A stretch of 63,921 nucleotides of DNA, the filler included, from Octopus bimaculoides (lineage: Eukaryota): NCBI RefSeq assembly GCF_001194135.2. It is 3 parts of 3 records of this genome, joined end to end, with 100 filler letters (N's around TTAATTAATTAA, not from the genome) between each part and the next. Parts side by side here need not be neighbours in the genome. Positions count along the whole stretch, not along the records: positions 1 to 30,895 come from NC_068987.1; positions 30,996 to 62,791 come from NC_068985.1; 1 more part is not named here. One strand, written 5' to 3'. Shown in pieces: positions 25,801 to 37,926 of the stretch (positions are counted from its first letter, which is position 1; every line of letters begins with the position of its first letter). The position numbers and the translations under genes were made by a program. The notes below the pieces were generated by a model, which saw only the letters and a program-made list of their open reading frames with translations, ran no database searches and had not been told where the DNA came from.

Positions 25801-26614
25801 ATAGGATTAGCAGAATGATGGGAGGTGGGTTTTGGAAGCGCATAGCAGGAAAACCAACTGAAAACACCTCAGCAAAAAGGGATTACAGTATTAGTATTAA
25901 TATTCTGTGTAGGTAACAACAACAGTAGTAACAGCTAGAAAAAAGGCAATACTGGCAATAGCATTAAAGACATTAGTTGCTCCGGCAGCAACAACAGCTG
26001 CGCCTCTTGTGATATCTAGATCAAATAACAACAACAGAATCGATAATAATATCCACGACAAAAACTAAAAACAAAAGCAATGATAACGACAGGAAAATTG
26101 GTGGCGACAGAAGCAACAGGAAAGAAATAGAAGCAATGGCAGAAACAGCATCGTCTGTCTGAAAATGTTCTTATCTACACGCAATGCTAGACAGGAGGAT
26201 TGAATGCTTACCTAAGAAAAAAAAAACTGAAAAAAAAAAATTAAATAGTGAATATTGGAATATAGGACTATTGGAATAAATCTTGAGATATATAAACAGA
26301 CATTTATTTGACTGTTGAGAATATTGGAACAACTCCATGAATTTCCTTGCACCTACCTCTTTGCAGGTTATGTCAATAAATCTAGTTAAATGGAATACAA
26401 CATGCATGTAGGATATAATTACATTGCTGTACATTATAACGATACATCTGTGGTATTTTACTACACAGTTACACATTATATAGTTACTATTTCACTGAAT
26501 ATTGTACATTATGCTGTAAAAGTTCACTACAACTGTATCATTTAAGTACTGCTGATCTAGAGCAAATAACTGTAACACTAATATTACATACCTTTTATAT
26601 TTTCTTTTATCGGT

Positions 26615-26852
26615 CTCAGCCATTATACTGCAGCCATGATGGGGCACGAACTTTTAGTCGAATAAATCGATTCCAGTACTTTTCTTTTTAGAGCCTGGTC
26701 TAATCGGACTCTCTTTTGCCGAATCGCTGGTTACTAGGGACGTAAACCAAACAAACCAACACCTGTTGACAAGCAGTGGGAGAAGCACACACACACACAC
26801 ACACACACACATACAGGCACACAGACATACACACACACACATACACACACAC

Positions 26853-26891
<39 letters not shown>

Positions 26892-26992
26892 CTCACACAG
26901 ACATGGCGTGCTTCTTTCAGTTTCCATCTAACAAATCCATTCACAAAGCTTTGGTCGGCCCGAGTCTATAGCAGAAGACACTTGCTTAAAGT
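26615..26992 (-). mobile_element. SINE family C with expanded internal (CA)n
   Basis: Both C halves flank a CA tract at ~26787-26900. Confidence 0.88.
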
Positions 26993-27784
26993 CTCTTGCA
27001 CATCTATAGAAGCTAATTAGAATTACATAACAGTACCTTTTACAATTAAAATTTAATACAAAATTCCTCGCTATACAGTAATATTCCCCATGTAATTTAT
27101 GATAAAAGCATTGTATACTCAAGCAACATTATTACAATAACCGTGTATGTAATATACTAAACGTATATGCAGTATTGTCCGGAAACATTCGTCAATTTTC
27201 ATTCGAGATAAAATATCTCATAAATCTACTATGTTAAAAACACAATATATTCATATAAATTGGAGGAAAGCACAAAATCGTTCCGGCAGAAGCTGGTTAT
27301 AACGCCAGATGCAGTTCAGACTTCTTGAGACTCGTCATAGAGGTGTACTTGAAGCCATATGCCTTGATATAATCTCTCGCATCCGATATACTAAAATCAA
27401 TTAATACTACATTCACTGATGTTGCGAAGAGTTACAAAGTAGAATAAAAGTAGGTGCACGCAATTTAGCAGTATTAAATCATGTCATCTGTCTATCACAC
27501 TTAAAATATATTCACAGGCAAGATGCAGCGATTTTCGTCCACGATAAGACCTTCGAAATTTTTCCACTCAATATTCTACAATATTCTAACTCAATATTCT
27601 ACAAACTGTTATTCTTAGCATTATCTACTTCAAGTCCCCCCATCAAAAATTATTTACTTTATAAAGTTTCTTCAATTAGCATGGTAGTCTTTCATACATG
27701 AAAATTACAAATACATAGGTATGACAAACATGTTACATAATAGTAAAAAGTGGGGCAATATTATAATATATTAATATATGAACG

Positions 27785-27945
27785 GAGGTGTTATTCCATT
27801 CTGAGTTCAAATTTCACCGAGATCGACTTTGCTTTTTATCTTTTCAGGATCGACAAAATAAGTACCAGCTGAGTACTGCTATCAATGTAATCGACTTAAG
27901 CTCGCCCCAGAACTTGGTGGCCTCGTACCATAATTTGAAATCAAT
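27785..27945 (+). mobile_element. SINE family A (5'-truncated)
   Basis: ttctgagttcaaatttcaccgagatcgactttgc...aataagtaccag...aatttgaaa. Confidence 0.82.
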
Positions 27946-28149
27946 TTATGGAAGGAGGGTTGAAAAATGTGAACAAACATGCAATAATTATGATAGCAAT
28001 TGAAGAGGTCGTTACAAAAACACAATAATTCTAACAAGGTTACAATATAGAGACGGATAAAATACTGTTATCAATTTTGTCCAATACAAGGGAAACCTAT
28101 GAAGGGAATATTGCTGAGACATTCTCCTCTCCTCAGAAAAGAAGAGCTC

Positions 28150-28820
28150 CATCTTAGGACAATCAATTAAAGCTATTGATCCCAAATACCTGTCTACCTC
28201 TGTCGCAATGCCTTCGTCATAACGGAGACCACCTCCCTCCACATACTCAAGTTTCTTTTCGAGTTAAAACTTGAGAAGTCTACGAGGGCTTAAATTAAGT
28301 GGAAGGTGTCTGCATTCCGTCTATTTTATTTTTAGTATCGTAAGACAGTGGGGGGAAACTGCCCATCCTTCTCAGTTTAAAGATGCTGTGGGGTGATATT
28401 CACAACAGATTCATTTGAGAGGCGGTTATGCGATAAATCCGACAACAGTTATTCAACATAGTTCCACAAGTGCATAGAATGATGACCAGTAGAACAGGTG
28501 GAAATTTATAACAGGTAAAGTATGGTAGATTCGCCACCGTTGCTCAACATTTAGGGATAACTTTCCATCCAATATTTTCGGGGAAAACTTGCCACCCTGT
28601 TTGTAACATCGGCCAGTTTTGATCTACCTGGAGATCTGGTTTGAACTAAGATTCAAACAACTTAATCAGTCCATCTGTCTAACTGTCCGCAATACTATCC
28701 CTATGGCATGAATTTCCTGTACTGTGTTCAGATACTAAGCCTGCCCACTTGTCTCAGTTAATCTATTTTCTTCTATATCCATTGTATTCCTTCAGAATGG
28801 TGCTGATCCCTTGGGTGACT
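28150..28820 (-). mobile_element. L1/Tx1-like ORF2 fragment (distal RT region)
   Basis: Frameshifted peptides TDGLIKLF..FKPDLQVDQNW, DVTNRVASFPRK..GKLSLN and WSPL resemble the Tx1 post-YADD region. Confidence 0.6.
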
Positions 28821-28849
28821 TGGTGTCTGCAAACCAGACCCATCAAACT

Positions 28850-29990
28850 GCTTTCTTTTCCTTGAGATTTGTTAGTGGTTTGGAGGTTTTCCGCGGGACG
28901 TTCTGCATTTTGGTGCTAGCAAGTGATTGGAATATCATCTTAATAGGTGGCTATCAGCTGGATAGGTTGGGGCTAGCCAGGAGGAAAAAGTGTTTAAAAG
29001 CCTCACAAACAAGCTCAGCCACAAATCAGCTAAACCTTATCAACTGGCTAACAGGTATCAGCTAGATTTTTTCGAAATTGCCTGTGTGAACATAGGCGAA
29101 CATCATCAGATGGTCTAGATCGTATGAAGACAGAATATTCTGTAGGCTAATAGATAGAAGTAGCATAGTTTGTCCACAGTTCAAAGTCATCGACTACATA
29201 GACCACAAATTTGTAACCTAGAGAAAATCCATAAGCAGGGCTCCGAATACTGGAAGCTTAATACCTCTTTCCCGCTGCATCAAGCTTTCAGAGACCAGGA
29301 GAGCAAGTTAATCCATCGGATGTTGTCGGGTGCAACAGTCATCAACCTATGAATAGCCCTTAAAAAGGTTCTTAGGGTACAGGTGTTTGGGTTTAGTAAA
29401 ACATTTCGGTTAAAGGAATCTAGAATAGAAGGAGCTCTATTAAGGAAACTAGATGTAGTACTTAGCAGAGGCACAGCGACCGATGAGCTGGCGGCGAGAT
29501 CAAGTTTTCAATGACAAACACGAGGGGTTAAAAGCCATTTGATGGGTTCCCGTAGCAGAATCATATTGTAGAGACGAAACCACAATTCGGTTTTTTCACG
29601 GGTCAGTACAAGCTCTTGTTACTCGAATCCAAGCAGATGTATGGGGAATCTCAGTAGCACTTAGCTGAACTCTAAGATCATGCAGTGGCGTTGCATCTCG
29701 CGGTGATTCTCAACTCCTGTCTCGACGGTATGCCGTACCTTTCGGCCACAGATACGGGTTTCTGCGAAATACATATAACAGCAGAGGATATGCGATACGC
29801 GATGACTAGCTGCAGAATGGAAAAGTCGCCGAGAGTGGACGGTCTACTCACCGAGGTTTATTTTCATATACCAGTCTTCTTCAGCAATCTCTAGCTGGAT
29901 GTATAGCGCAACTAGTAAGAGAACGCAAGAGTTCCCAGTGGGTGTGTGGAAGAAGTGGAGGGACTTTTAGTCGAGTGGTAGAACAACGTA
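28850..29990 (+). mobile_element. L1/Tx1-like ORF2 fragment (end of endonuclease to start of RT)
   Basis: DWNII, GSEYWKLNTS..AFRDQ, MEKSPRVDGLLTEVY (KSPGxDG-like motif); many stops. Confidence 0.72.
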
Positions 29991-30895
29991 GGTATGTGTA
30001 TGTGAGCATATATCTGCACGCGCGTGATGTTGGGGAGGTATGTATGTATGTATGTATAATGACAGGAAACAGTCGTCTATGTTCTATCAGCGTGCCAGAG
30101 AGCAAAATGGCGGCATGCTGAGCTGAATTAGCATCGACATTTTGTCTAAACACCCAAGAGACTCGTCACTTCGACAGATACGCGATACTGTTCTCATAAA
30201 TGAGATATTACCAAGCTGAACAGAAAATGCACCCAGTAGGTAGTAGATCTACAATGCCACTGCAACCGTCTTCATAATATGCATAGATGTGTGTGTTCAG
30301 TGTTTGGATAAGCACGTATGTGATGGCATAGGCACGTATATAAAGGGGACAGCACATCAACCTCTATACGAAAACAAATGTAACTCTGCACCTCACAGAG
30401 GAGAAGAAACGCTATGGTCAACAGGTCAAACGTCTATCAGAGAAAAAAAAAGCCGTTAGTGAGTACGGGTTGTTTCCCTTGCACTATCAATTAATTGGAA
30501 ACGGGGATCTATTTCGTAAGGTCGCTTAGGAGCCTAATCAGCGAACGGAGAATCTCAATTTTGCAGGACGTAGCATTTGAAATGAACATATTTTGTACAT
30601 ATTTCTTTACGAGTGTTCAGTGAGCCAGGCCTAGCATAGTTTTTAAGAATTTTGGCTCGCTCAGAGATGCTGATTTTGCAGCGCTTGCTGCCATTAGTAT
30701 AGGCGCCTTGTTGTTTCTAAGATCTTCCAGCTAATATCATATGGGTGTCCCTTGATATTGGATGGGGCCACACATGGTTGGCCATTAGTCACAGTATGAC
30801 CAAACTTTAACTTTGGTGATTCAATATTTTACTGCTCTATTCTTTAGAGTGTGCTTCTTATTCAGATATAAATATGTGTATATATATATATATAT

Positions 30896-30995
30896 NNNNN
30901 NNNNNNNNNNNNNNNNNNNNNNNNNNNNNNNNNNNNNNNTTAATTAATTAANNNNNNNNNNNNNNNNNNNNNNNNNNNNNNNNNNNNNNNNNNNN
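30896..30995. other. Artificial 100-bp scaffold-join spacer: N44-TTAATTAATTAA-N44
   Basis: Exactly 44+12+44 bases; an identical construct lies at 62792-62891. Confidence 0.93.
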
Positions 30996-31230
30996 AGCGC
31001 ACCTCGGTAGCACTGCCAGGCGAGGGACCTTTGGAAATTATCCATGGGCCCCGGCCCGAAAGTTCTCCTGTACAGACTGCTTAGCTGATTATCCTCGACG
31101 CCTAGAGTTTCCCCGAGAACGTCGTCGCACTTTTCTCCCACTAACCCTCTATAGAACGCTAGAGTGGAGCTACTACCGATCGCACTGCCCGCCTGACTGA
31201 GGGCGGTGAGAGCTTGGCGGCACTCGAGGT
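30996..31230 (-). mobile_element. L1/Tx1-like ORF2 C-terminal fragment
   Basis: LSSLYRRTFGPGPMDNFQRSLAWQCYRGA, homologous to ORF 3050..3553. Confidence 0.8.
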
Positions 31231-32230
31231 AAAGAGTTACAAGCAGATAAAATTGCTATGTTAGCCAATTGGTAGCCTCTGTTGCCGAACATATGGAAGT
31301 CGTGGTTGTTTGTCCTCATGGGAACCTTTACCAAACCTTTACGTGGTTTCTCGGCCTGGTAGAAATAGCAGCCAAATCTCTCTTAAACTACACCATGATA
31401 TTTAAAGAAGAAAACCAGAAAGGGCAACGCATTGTGCAACAGCACGATATATTTCCTGGTTTGAGGCAGACGCAAGTGCTTCCCACTTTTTGAAAGTTAG
31501 TCATAACATTAAAATTAAAGTCAATCTCTACGGATGTAATCTTGCACGGAGCTCACAACTCTTAAACACTGAGCCCCACAGATCGATGTTAAATGTACTT
31601 CGTTTTCTTAGGATAAAAGTGTAAACAAAGTTTACAAGAAGGTAGCGGTGCTGGCCACCAGTTTTGTTATTGTATGAAGTATAGAGATGTTGTTGATGAT
31701 GTTGATGATGATGATGGTGATGACGATGATGATGACGGTGAAAAAAATGAACGGGATTTTCATTATCAGCATGCAAAAACAACATCAGAACTCCATTTAA
31801 AAAAAAAATAATCTGGGAGTAATTTAGCATGATCCATGCTATTTTATCTATTTATTTTATTTATATATCGAGAGAAAAAAAACTTAATTTCACGTGTATC
31901 AATTCATCTAAGTAGTCGAAACGCTAATCCTGTCTCGAAACACAAAGACCCAGGGGGCGCTGGTGTTTATATTGAGTTTCCTAGCTTTAAATTTTATGAT
32001 TAATTTCTCAAAATAATTAATGCAATTTTCGTCATCAGCATGCAAAACAATATTGAAACTACATATTTTTGAAAATGATTTGGAGAAAAATCAGAAAAAC
32101 TTCAAGTGGTTGGAAGAAATTTCCCAAGATCCAATAGCAGCTCTGCAGTTGAACGCATAAGCCGGTGGTCCGTTACATTCTGCTCATCTTTTACATCAAG
32201 ACAAAACATGTACATGTTAACACTTCCAAA

Positions 32231-33250
32231 TCAATTTTTTGCTATGTCAAGTCCATACTTGTTGCAAAGTGTCCAATAGACAAGCCTAGCTATATTGTCG
32301 TGGCGTCTCTTATATTCCCTCTGGGCTAGTGGCGTACGATGGCTGGTAATATGCCTTACGGTTTCACCATTTTGTTCACTGATTCTGCACTTATCACTTT
32401 CTGATGTGCTATCTATTCTGTATTTTAATTTATATAAAGGGCATTAGCTGTGTAGTAATGCCTCACGCTTCGAGGGACTAAATAAGTCAAAAACTACCAA
32501 AAAATAAGCAACTTTTGACTTATTTAGTCCCTCGAAGCGTGAGGCATTACTACACAGTTAATGTCCTTTATATAAATTATATATATTTATGGAAAAAAAT
32601 GATGAATTTTTTTTCATTATGAGGTTTTTTTCACGCTGACTACTTGATAAATTCTTATAAAGATTTTTATCCTATATTATATTCTGCATTTTATGTAGTT
32701 TGTTCTTAGAGCTTGCTCTTGGGCAGCACAGGTTAGAGCCTCCGTTTCAGGTTTTAAATCAATTTTAGTCATCCACAGCCATCTTTTTTCTCTGTCTGTC
32801 TTCAACATCCCTATAAAATCGACCTTGCATTCTTTTCTTTACCCACCTATTTTCAGTTTCATTCGTTTTCAATTTCTTGTATAATGCTTTACCTTTGCAA
32901 CATCCTGACTTTCTTACTTCTAGTAATAGCGGTTCTGTGGTATTTTTTGACATATCATGCTATGCTGTTTTCTCCTGCTCTAACTCTGTGCTCGCATCCA
33001 ATCAGTCCTCTTCTCCCTCTTTTTCTTGGTCTGTTTGTTTTTACAGTCTGTTTGTGTCACTTTTTGGGTGAAGTGACCCATATCTAGTTAGCAACCACCT
33101 TGTCATTCTGTATAAGCTGTTTAGTTCGTCTACTGTCCATGCGATTACCCCTGCTCCATATCTAAGGAGTGAAACCGCACAGGTGTTGATAGCTTTGATC
33201 TTATTCCGTCCGTTTAATTTCGACTTAAGGATCAGTCTCAGTTTGCGCGA
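32231..33250 (-). mobile_element. R4/Dong-like RLE LINE, family 2, RT C-terminus to Zn-knuckle, interrupted at 32428-32679
   Basis: KLRLILKSKLNGRNKIKAINTCAVSLLRYGAGVIAWT...LHPKSDTNRL; DLKPETEALTCAAQEQALRTNY; CRISEQNGETVRHITS..LAQREYKRRHDNIARLVYW. Confidence 0.88.
32427..32578. repeat. Near-perfect hairpin: 66-bp arms, 20-nt loop
   Basis: 32427-32492 is the reverse complement of 32513-32578 with 2 mismatches. Confidence 0.95.
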
Positions 33251-33271
33251 GTGTGGCCAATAAAACGAATT

Positions 33272-33272
33272 A

Positions 33273-33329
<57 letters not shown>

Positions 33330-33820
33330 GTATTTGCACAGCTTCTAACACTGGAGATGTACTACGATGTCAGCTGTTCACTACTAGTGAGCTAAGATAT
33401 CACCCCTTATTTTTCGAGCACCATCCGGAATATTCAAGCGGTTCCAAGCGGTGCTGTTTTCTGCAAGTGCTCCATTCTTATTACATCCCCTATTTCTGCT
33501 ATGTACTTCTCAAGACTTTTATTCACTGTTCCCAGAGCTCCGACAATTATTGGTACTACTACCACCTTTTTTATCGACCACAACTGCTTAACCTCCCAAG
33601 CTTACCTGTCATAGCTATCGACTTTTCTTTCTTCCTTATCACATACCTTGCTATCAGCTGGGCATGCTATATCTATGATCCAATATCATTTGCTGTCTTT
33701 CTCAATTACCACTATGTCTGGTTTCCTGTTCTCTATCTCATGGTTGCACTGAATCATAAAATCCCATAGGATCTTTGCATTATCATTTTCGATGATGCCT
33801 TCGGGTTAATGGTCGTACCA

Positions 33821-33823
<3 letters not shown>
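33272..33823 (-). mobile_element. R4/Dong-like RLE LINE, family 2, endonuclease domain plus (TAA)n tail
   Basis: KWYDH*PEGIIENDNAKILWDFMIQCNHEIENRKPDIVVIEK...IIDIACP...VPIIVGALGTV...LQKTALLGTA, a PD-(D/E)xK-type RLE; tail at 33272-33329. Confidence 0.9.
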
Positions 33824-33886
<63 letters not shown>

Positions 33887-33904
33887 CATCATCATCATCA
33901 TTAT

Positions 33905-34000
33905 CATTTCATCCTTTCGGTGTCGATGAATTAAGTTCAAGTGAAATACTGGGGTCGATGTAATCGATTAGTCCCCGTCCCCAGAATTTCGGGCCGTGTA
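33905..34000 (-). mobile_element. SINE family A, 3' half
   Basis: atcctttcggtgtcgatgaattaag...tactggggtcgatgtaatcgattagtcccc..aatttcgggcc; note this matches family A in the + orientation, so the strand is uncertain. Confidence 0.65.
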
Positions 34001-34003
34001 CCT

Positions 34004-34071
<68 letters not shown>

Positions 34072-34589
34072 TTTAGCTGCAGCAGAAGAGCAACCACAAC
34101 CTCAAATATAATCTTCAATACGCCATGATCATCAGCATTAACATCAACACGAACATCATAATCACCATCAACGTCATCTACCTGAACCTCATCATAGCCA
34201 CCCTAACCCTAATCCCATCTTTCAAAGTGTTTTTTCAAGTGTGTAGCAGACTCCTCCTTTAACGTGACGCCGGTCCGTCGCAGAGTTAACTCCCAGGCAC
34301 CACTGCTACTCGCTTGCAGGTACCACTGGTGCTCGTTTGCAAGTGATGCTAACGCTTTTGTATAGTTTATTTACAGTATTTATACATTTATTTACATCTT
34401 AATGTATCAAAGTGAATAAATTTTTATTTTTTTAATCTGAGTGTACTGACACAAAGTGAAATGAAGTGCTTTGCTTAAGGTCAAAACGCACCGGCTGGTC
34501 CCTGAATTGAACCTATGATCGTGAGCCCAGTGCCCTTACCACTCGGCCACGTACTTCCTTTTTTAATGTTAGCCCTGTGATATACCAGG

Positions 34590-35855
34590 TTGAGTCAAAA
34601 GATTTTTCTGTATTTCAAGCTTTAATCAATGATTTAAACGAATTGCATACACAAAGTGTTTATTCATCAACATATATTCCATCATGTTGTATTGCCTGTT
34701 GCCATCGTTGTGTTATGCTTATGCCATTTGGATGGTTTAGAGGCAAAAAACTCCCTGCACCCGTTTTCAGCCTCAACCACATCGCTGAACCTCCGTCCGA
34801 GCAATGACTCGGGAAAAGATGGTAACCTGATGGTGCAAGATCTGGAATGTAGACAGGACGAGGCAGCACTTACAGCCCCTCAAGTTTGCACTTGATCATA
34901 TTGGCAGTGTGTGTGTGCTGGGGCATCGTCATACTGTGAGCGTGCACATTCTAGTGTAACCAATGCCGGGTATCAGATTTTCAAAGTATCATATACTCGC
35001 TGCAGTTGTTGAGCATCTAGGTTAGCGTTCACAGTATAACCACCTGGGACATGCTCAGAGTGCAGCACTATCTCGAAATACCACCAAACACACCACATGA
35101 ACTTCTGTTCTTTCCGCCTCTGTCTGACAACAGATTCTGAAACCTGATCCGCACGAAGTCACTGATTTCTCTGATTAAAGTTACAAAAGTAGATCTATTT
35201 TCCATCCCAGTCATAATTCGACGTCCAAAACCGGACACCTCAAAGATTTGCCAACAGCTGTTTGCCAACGTTCACACGTCGTTGATCCTGGTCATCGATC
35301 AGTTCATGAGGAGCTTCTCGACAGTGTCTGTTCACAAGGCCGAGATAATGGAGGTGTAGATTAATGTTCTACGTGAAGGACCAAGTTCTGTCGACAATGT
35401 ACAAGTGATTGTGCTTGGTTGTTATTCAACCATTTCAAGCAAGGCCTCATCTTCCACAACAGGTCTCCCTGACCCTGGTTTGTTTTCGAGGTAGATATAG
35501 GGGTCACCTTCCTTGATACGTCTGAACCATTTTTGTATCTCACATTCGCTGATAGTTCTTGGCCCTGCCACATCAATTTCTTTTGCCACTACTCTTGCAA
35601 TGAGTCCTCTTTTCAACAGGGAGCATAAAATGGTTCTAATTACAGCCTTTTCATCACTCATTACCATAGATGTGAAATAAAGAACAAACAAGTAATGTTT
35701 ATATGCTGTATAGGAAAACAAAGAATAAACAACCCAGCGACGATCGGATAACAAAATGTGTCAAATTAACGATATAACAAATTGCCAAAACCATCAGTGA
35801 AAATCCGAAAAACTTTGACATGTACGAATATTTATTTCCCCCCAACCTGATGTAA
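34590..35855 (-). mobile_element. Degenerate near-full-length mariner transposon
   Basis: HTH-like IRTILCSLLKRG..QKWFRRIKEGD..KPGSGRP; RRIMTG(DE); LPRPVYIPDLAPSGYHLF (YSPDLAPSDYHLF motif); degenerate TIR-like ends ccaggttg/caacctga. Confidence 0.8.
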
Positions 35856-36653
35856 CATTTACGACAACAGGAAGTATTTATTTCTTTTCTCTTCTGATCT
35901 ACTCTATTCTTGTGTAGGGGTATCTGTTTTTAATTCTGTAAGCCAAATTATTCGCCAGATTCCATTTAGTTTGGCACTTAAGCCAGAGTAATTCTTGTGT
36001 AATTATTTTCTCACGGTTCACTAATGTCACCCACATATTTCCTTTTGCACAATAACGATTTGTTCTTCGTTGTTGCCACCAGAAATATGCCTATAGCGAA
36101 GCGGTTGCCTTATACTGTTCTTAACCATCCGCACATAAGCGCCCTACAATCAACCTCTACACATTACGCAAAACCCTGCACGTGTTCTACGAACAAAAAC
36201 CTTGACAGTTCTTTTGTATGGGTTACATTGTTGCATCACAATATCCTGTTGTCATCTAATAGTTGCACACGGAGAGACACGATCATTCTCTCTCAACAAT
36301 AAACACTTTAGATCACTCAATCTCTGATGAATTTTCATGTCGACCACACATTTATACCATATCAAAAGAATGCATATTAAAAGTGAGTCCACTTTGTTAG
36401 CACTAGAAAATGCTTCATAGTCGAGCAGTTATTCATTCATGCATTGTAATATTGCTCACAACCTTAGAGTTGTGCACACATATCTAGCCAAAGCCATCAC
36501 GAAACACAGAACCTGTTCAGGACAACATACAAAGAAAAAATAAAAGGTAGTTCAGCTGAGAGGTAAACCAGTACACCGTCAACACACTACAACCTTTAGA
36601 TTACTAACATATCATATATCTCTATATGTTTATTCTACTGAAACTTGTAAAAT

Positions 36654-37926
36654 GTAAGCTGAGTAAAAAGTAAGCAACGTTTTGAACCATGAAGAATTTG
36701 TACTGGATTTTTGCAGAGTTTTGAATTGTTTTAAACATTTTCTTTTTGCAATTGTCTGATAACACAGACATAGACTTGCTCAAATGCATCAATAAATTAA
36801 CATTGATATATTTTTCCCCGTTGTTACAATCATCTTAAATGGAATTGTCAAAGCGCGATATTCGAGCAATTTTGCTAATCAACTTCAAAAAAGGATGTAA
36901 AGCAGCTGAATCTACTCGCGATATCAACAAAACTCTTGGTGAGGAAATGACCAGTGAGTGGTCAGCTCGAAAAGGGTTTAAACGATTTCGCAGTGGAGAC
37001 CTGAGCCTTGACGATTGAGAGCGTAGTGGACGCCCATCCGTCATCGATGATGGCCAATTAAAGACCGTCATTGAGAAAGATCCACGTAAAACTACTCGAG
37101 AACTGGCAAAAGAACGTCAAGTTAGCCAGAAAACTGCCTGCAACTATCTGCATGCGATCGGAAAATCAAAAAAGCTCGACAAATGGGTTCCACACGATTT
37201 GAATGAAAATCAGAAAATGCGCAGATATGAAATTTGATCATCGCTTCTTCTTCGTAACCAGACCAATCCATTTTTCGACCATATTGTAACTTGCGATGAA
37301 AAGTGGATTCTGTACAATAATAAAAAACGTTCTTCGCAGTGGTTGGACCAAAATAAAGCACCGCAAACTTCCCTTAAACCTGAACTCTTCAAAAAGAAGG
37401 TTATGTTGACTGTTTGGTGGTGTGCTGCTGGACTCATTCACCATAACTTCTTAAAAACTGGTCAAACCATTATTGCAGAAAGATATTGTCATGAAATTGC
37501 CAAAATGAACGAAAAAACCGCCACTCCTCCGTCCCGGACTGGTCAACAGCAGAGGGCCAATCATTCTTCATGACAATGCTCGACCACAAGCTTTACTAAT
37601 GAAGCTCCAGAAGTTGAGGTAACTTGGTTACGAAGTTCTTCCCCACCTAGCTTATTCCCCAGACCACTTTTTCAAGTACCTTGATGGTTTCCTGCAAGAG
37701 AAGGCGTTCAAAAATCAAACCGATGTCGAAAGTGCGTTCAAAGAGTTCATCAGCTCCAGAACTCTAGCTTTTTATGTTACCGGAATAAACAAACTTGTAA
37801 CTCGTGGGCAAATGTGTGCTGATTTGTAATGGAATTTACTTTGTTGGATAAAATTTCCGCATTGTTGAAATAAAAATGTGATGAATTTCATGTTTCAAAA
37901 CGTTGCTTACTTTTTACTCAGCCTGA
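36654..37926 (+). mobile_element. Near-full-length mariner (DD34D) transposon, inactive
   Basis: ATG at 36839 (MELSKRDIRAILL); SGRP, KWVPHDL, VTCDEKW, HDNARP, AYSPD-HFFK (third-Asp region deleted); 36-bp TIR match gctgagtaaaaagtaagcaacgttttgaa(c/a)catgaa at 36658-36693 and 37887-37922; stops and frameshifts. Confidence 0.93.

Noticed and set aside
28012-28242. ORF with EVDRYLGS, superficially like a hAT dimerisation domain
   Set aside because: It overlaps the distal end of the Tx1-like remnant in another frame, and the diagnostic WW...FP.L...SERxFS pattern is absent.
30940-30951. TTAATTAATTAA as a biological palindrome or PacI site
   Set aside because: It is embedded symmetrically in Ns and repeated identically at 62836-62847, so it is an assembly spacer.
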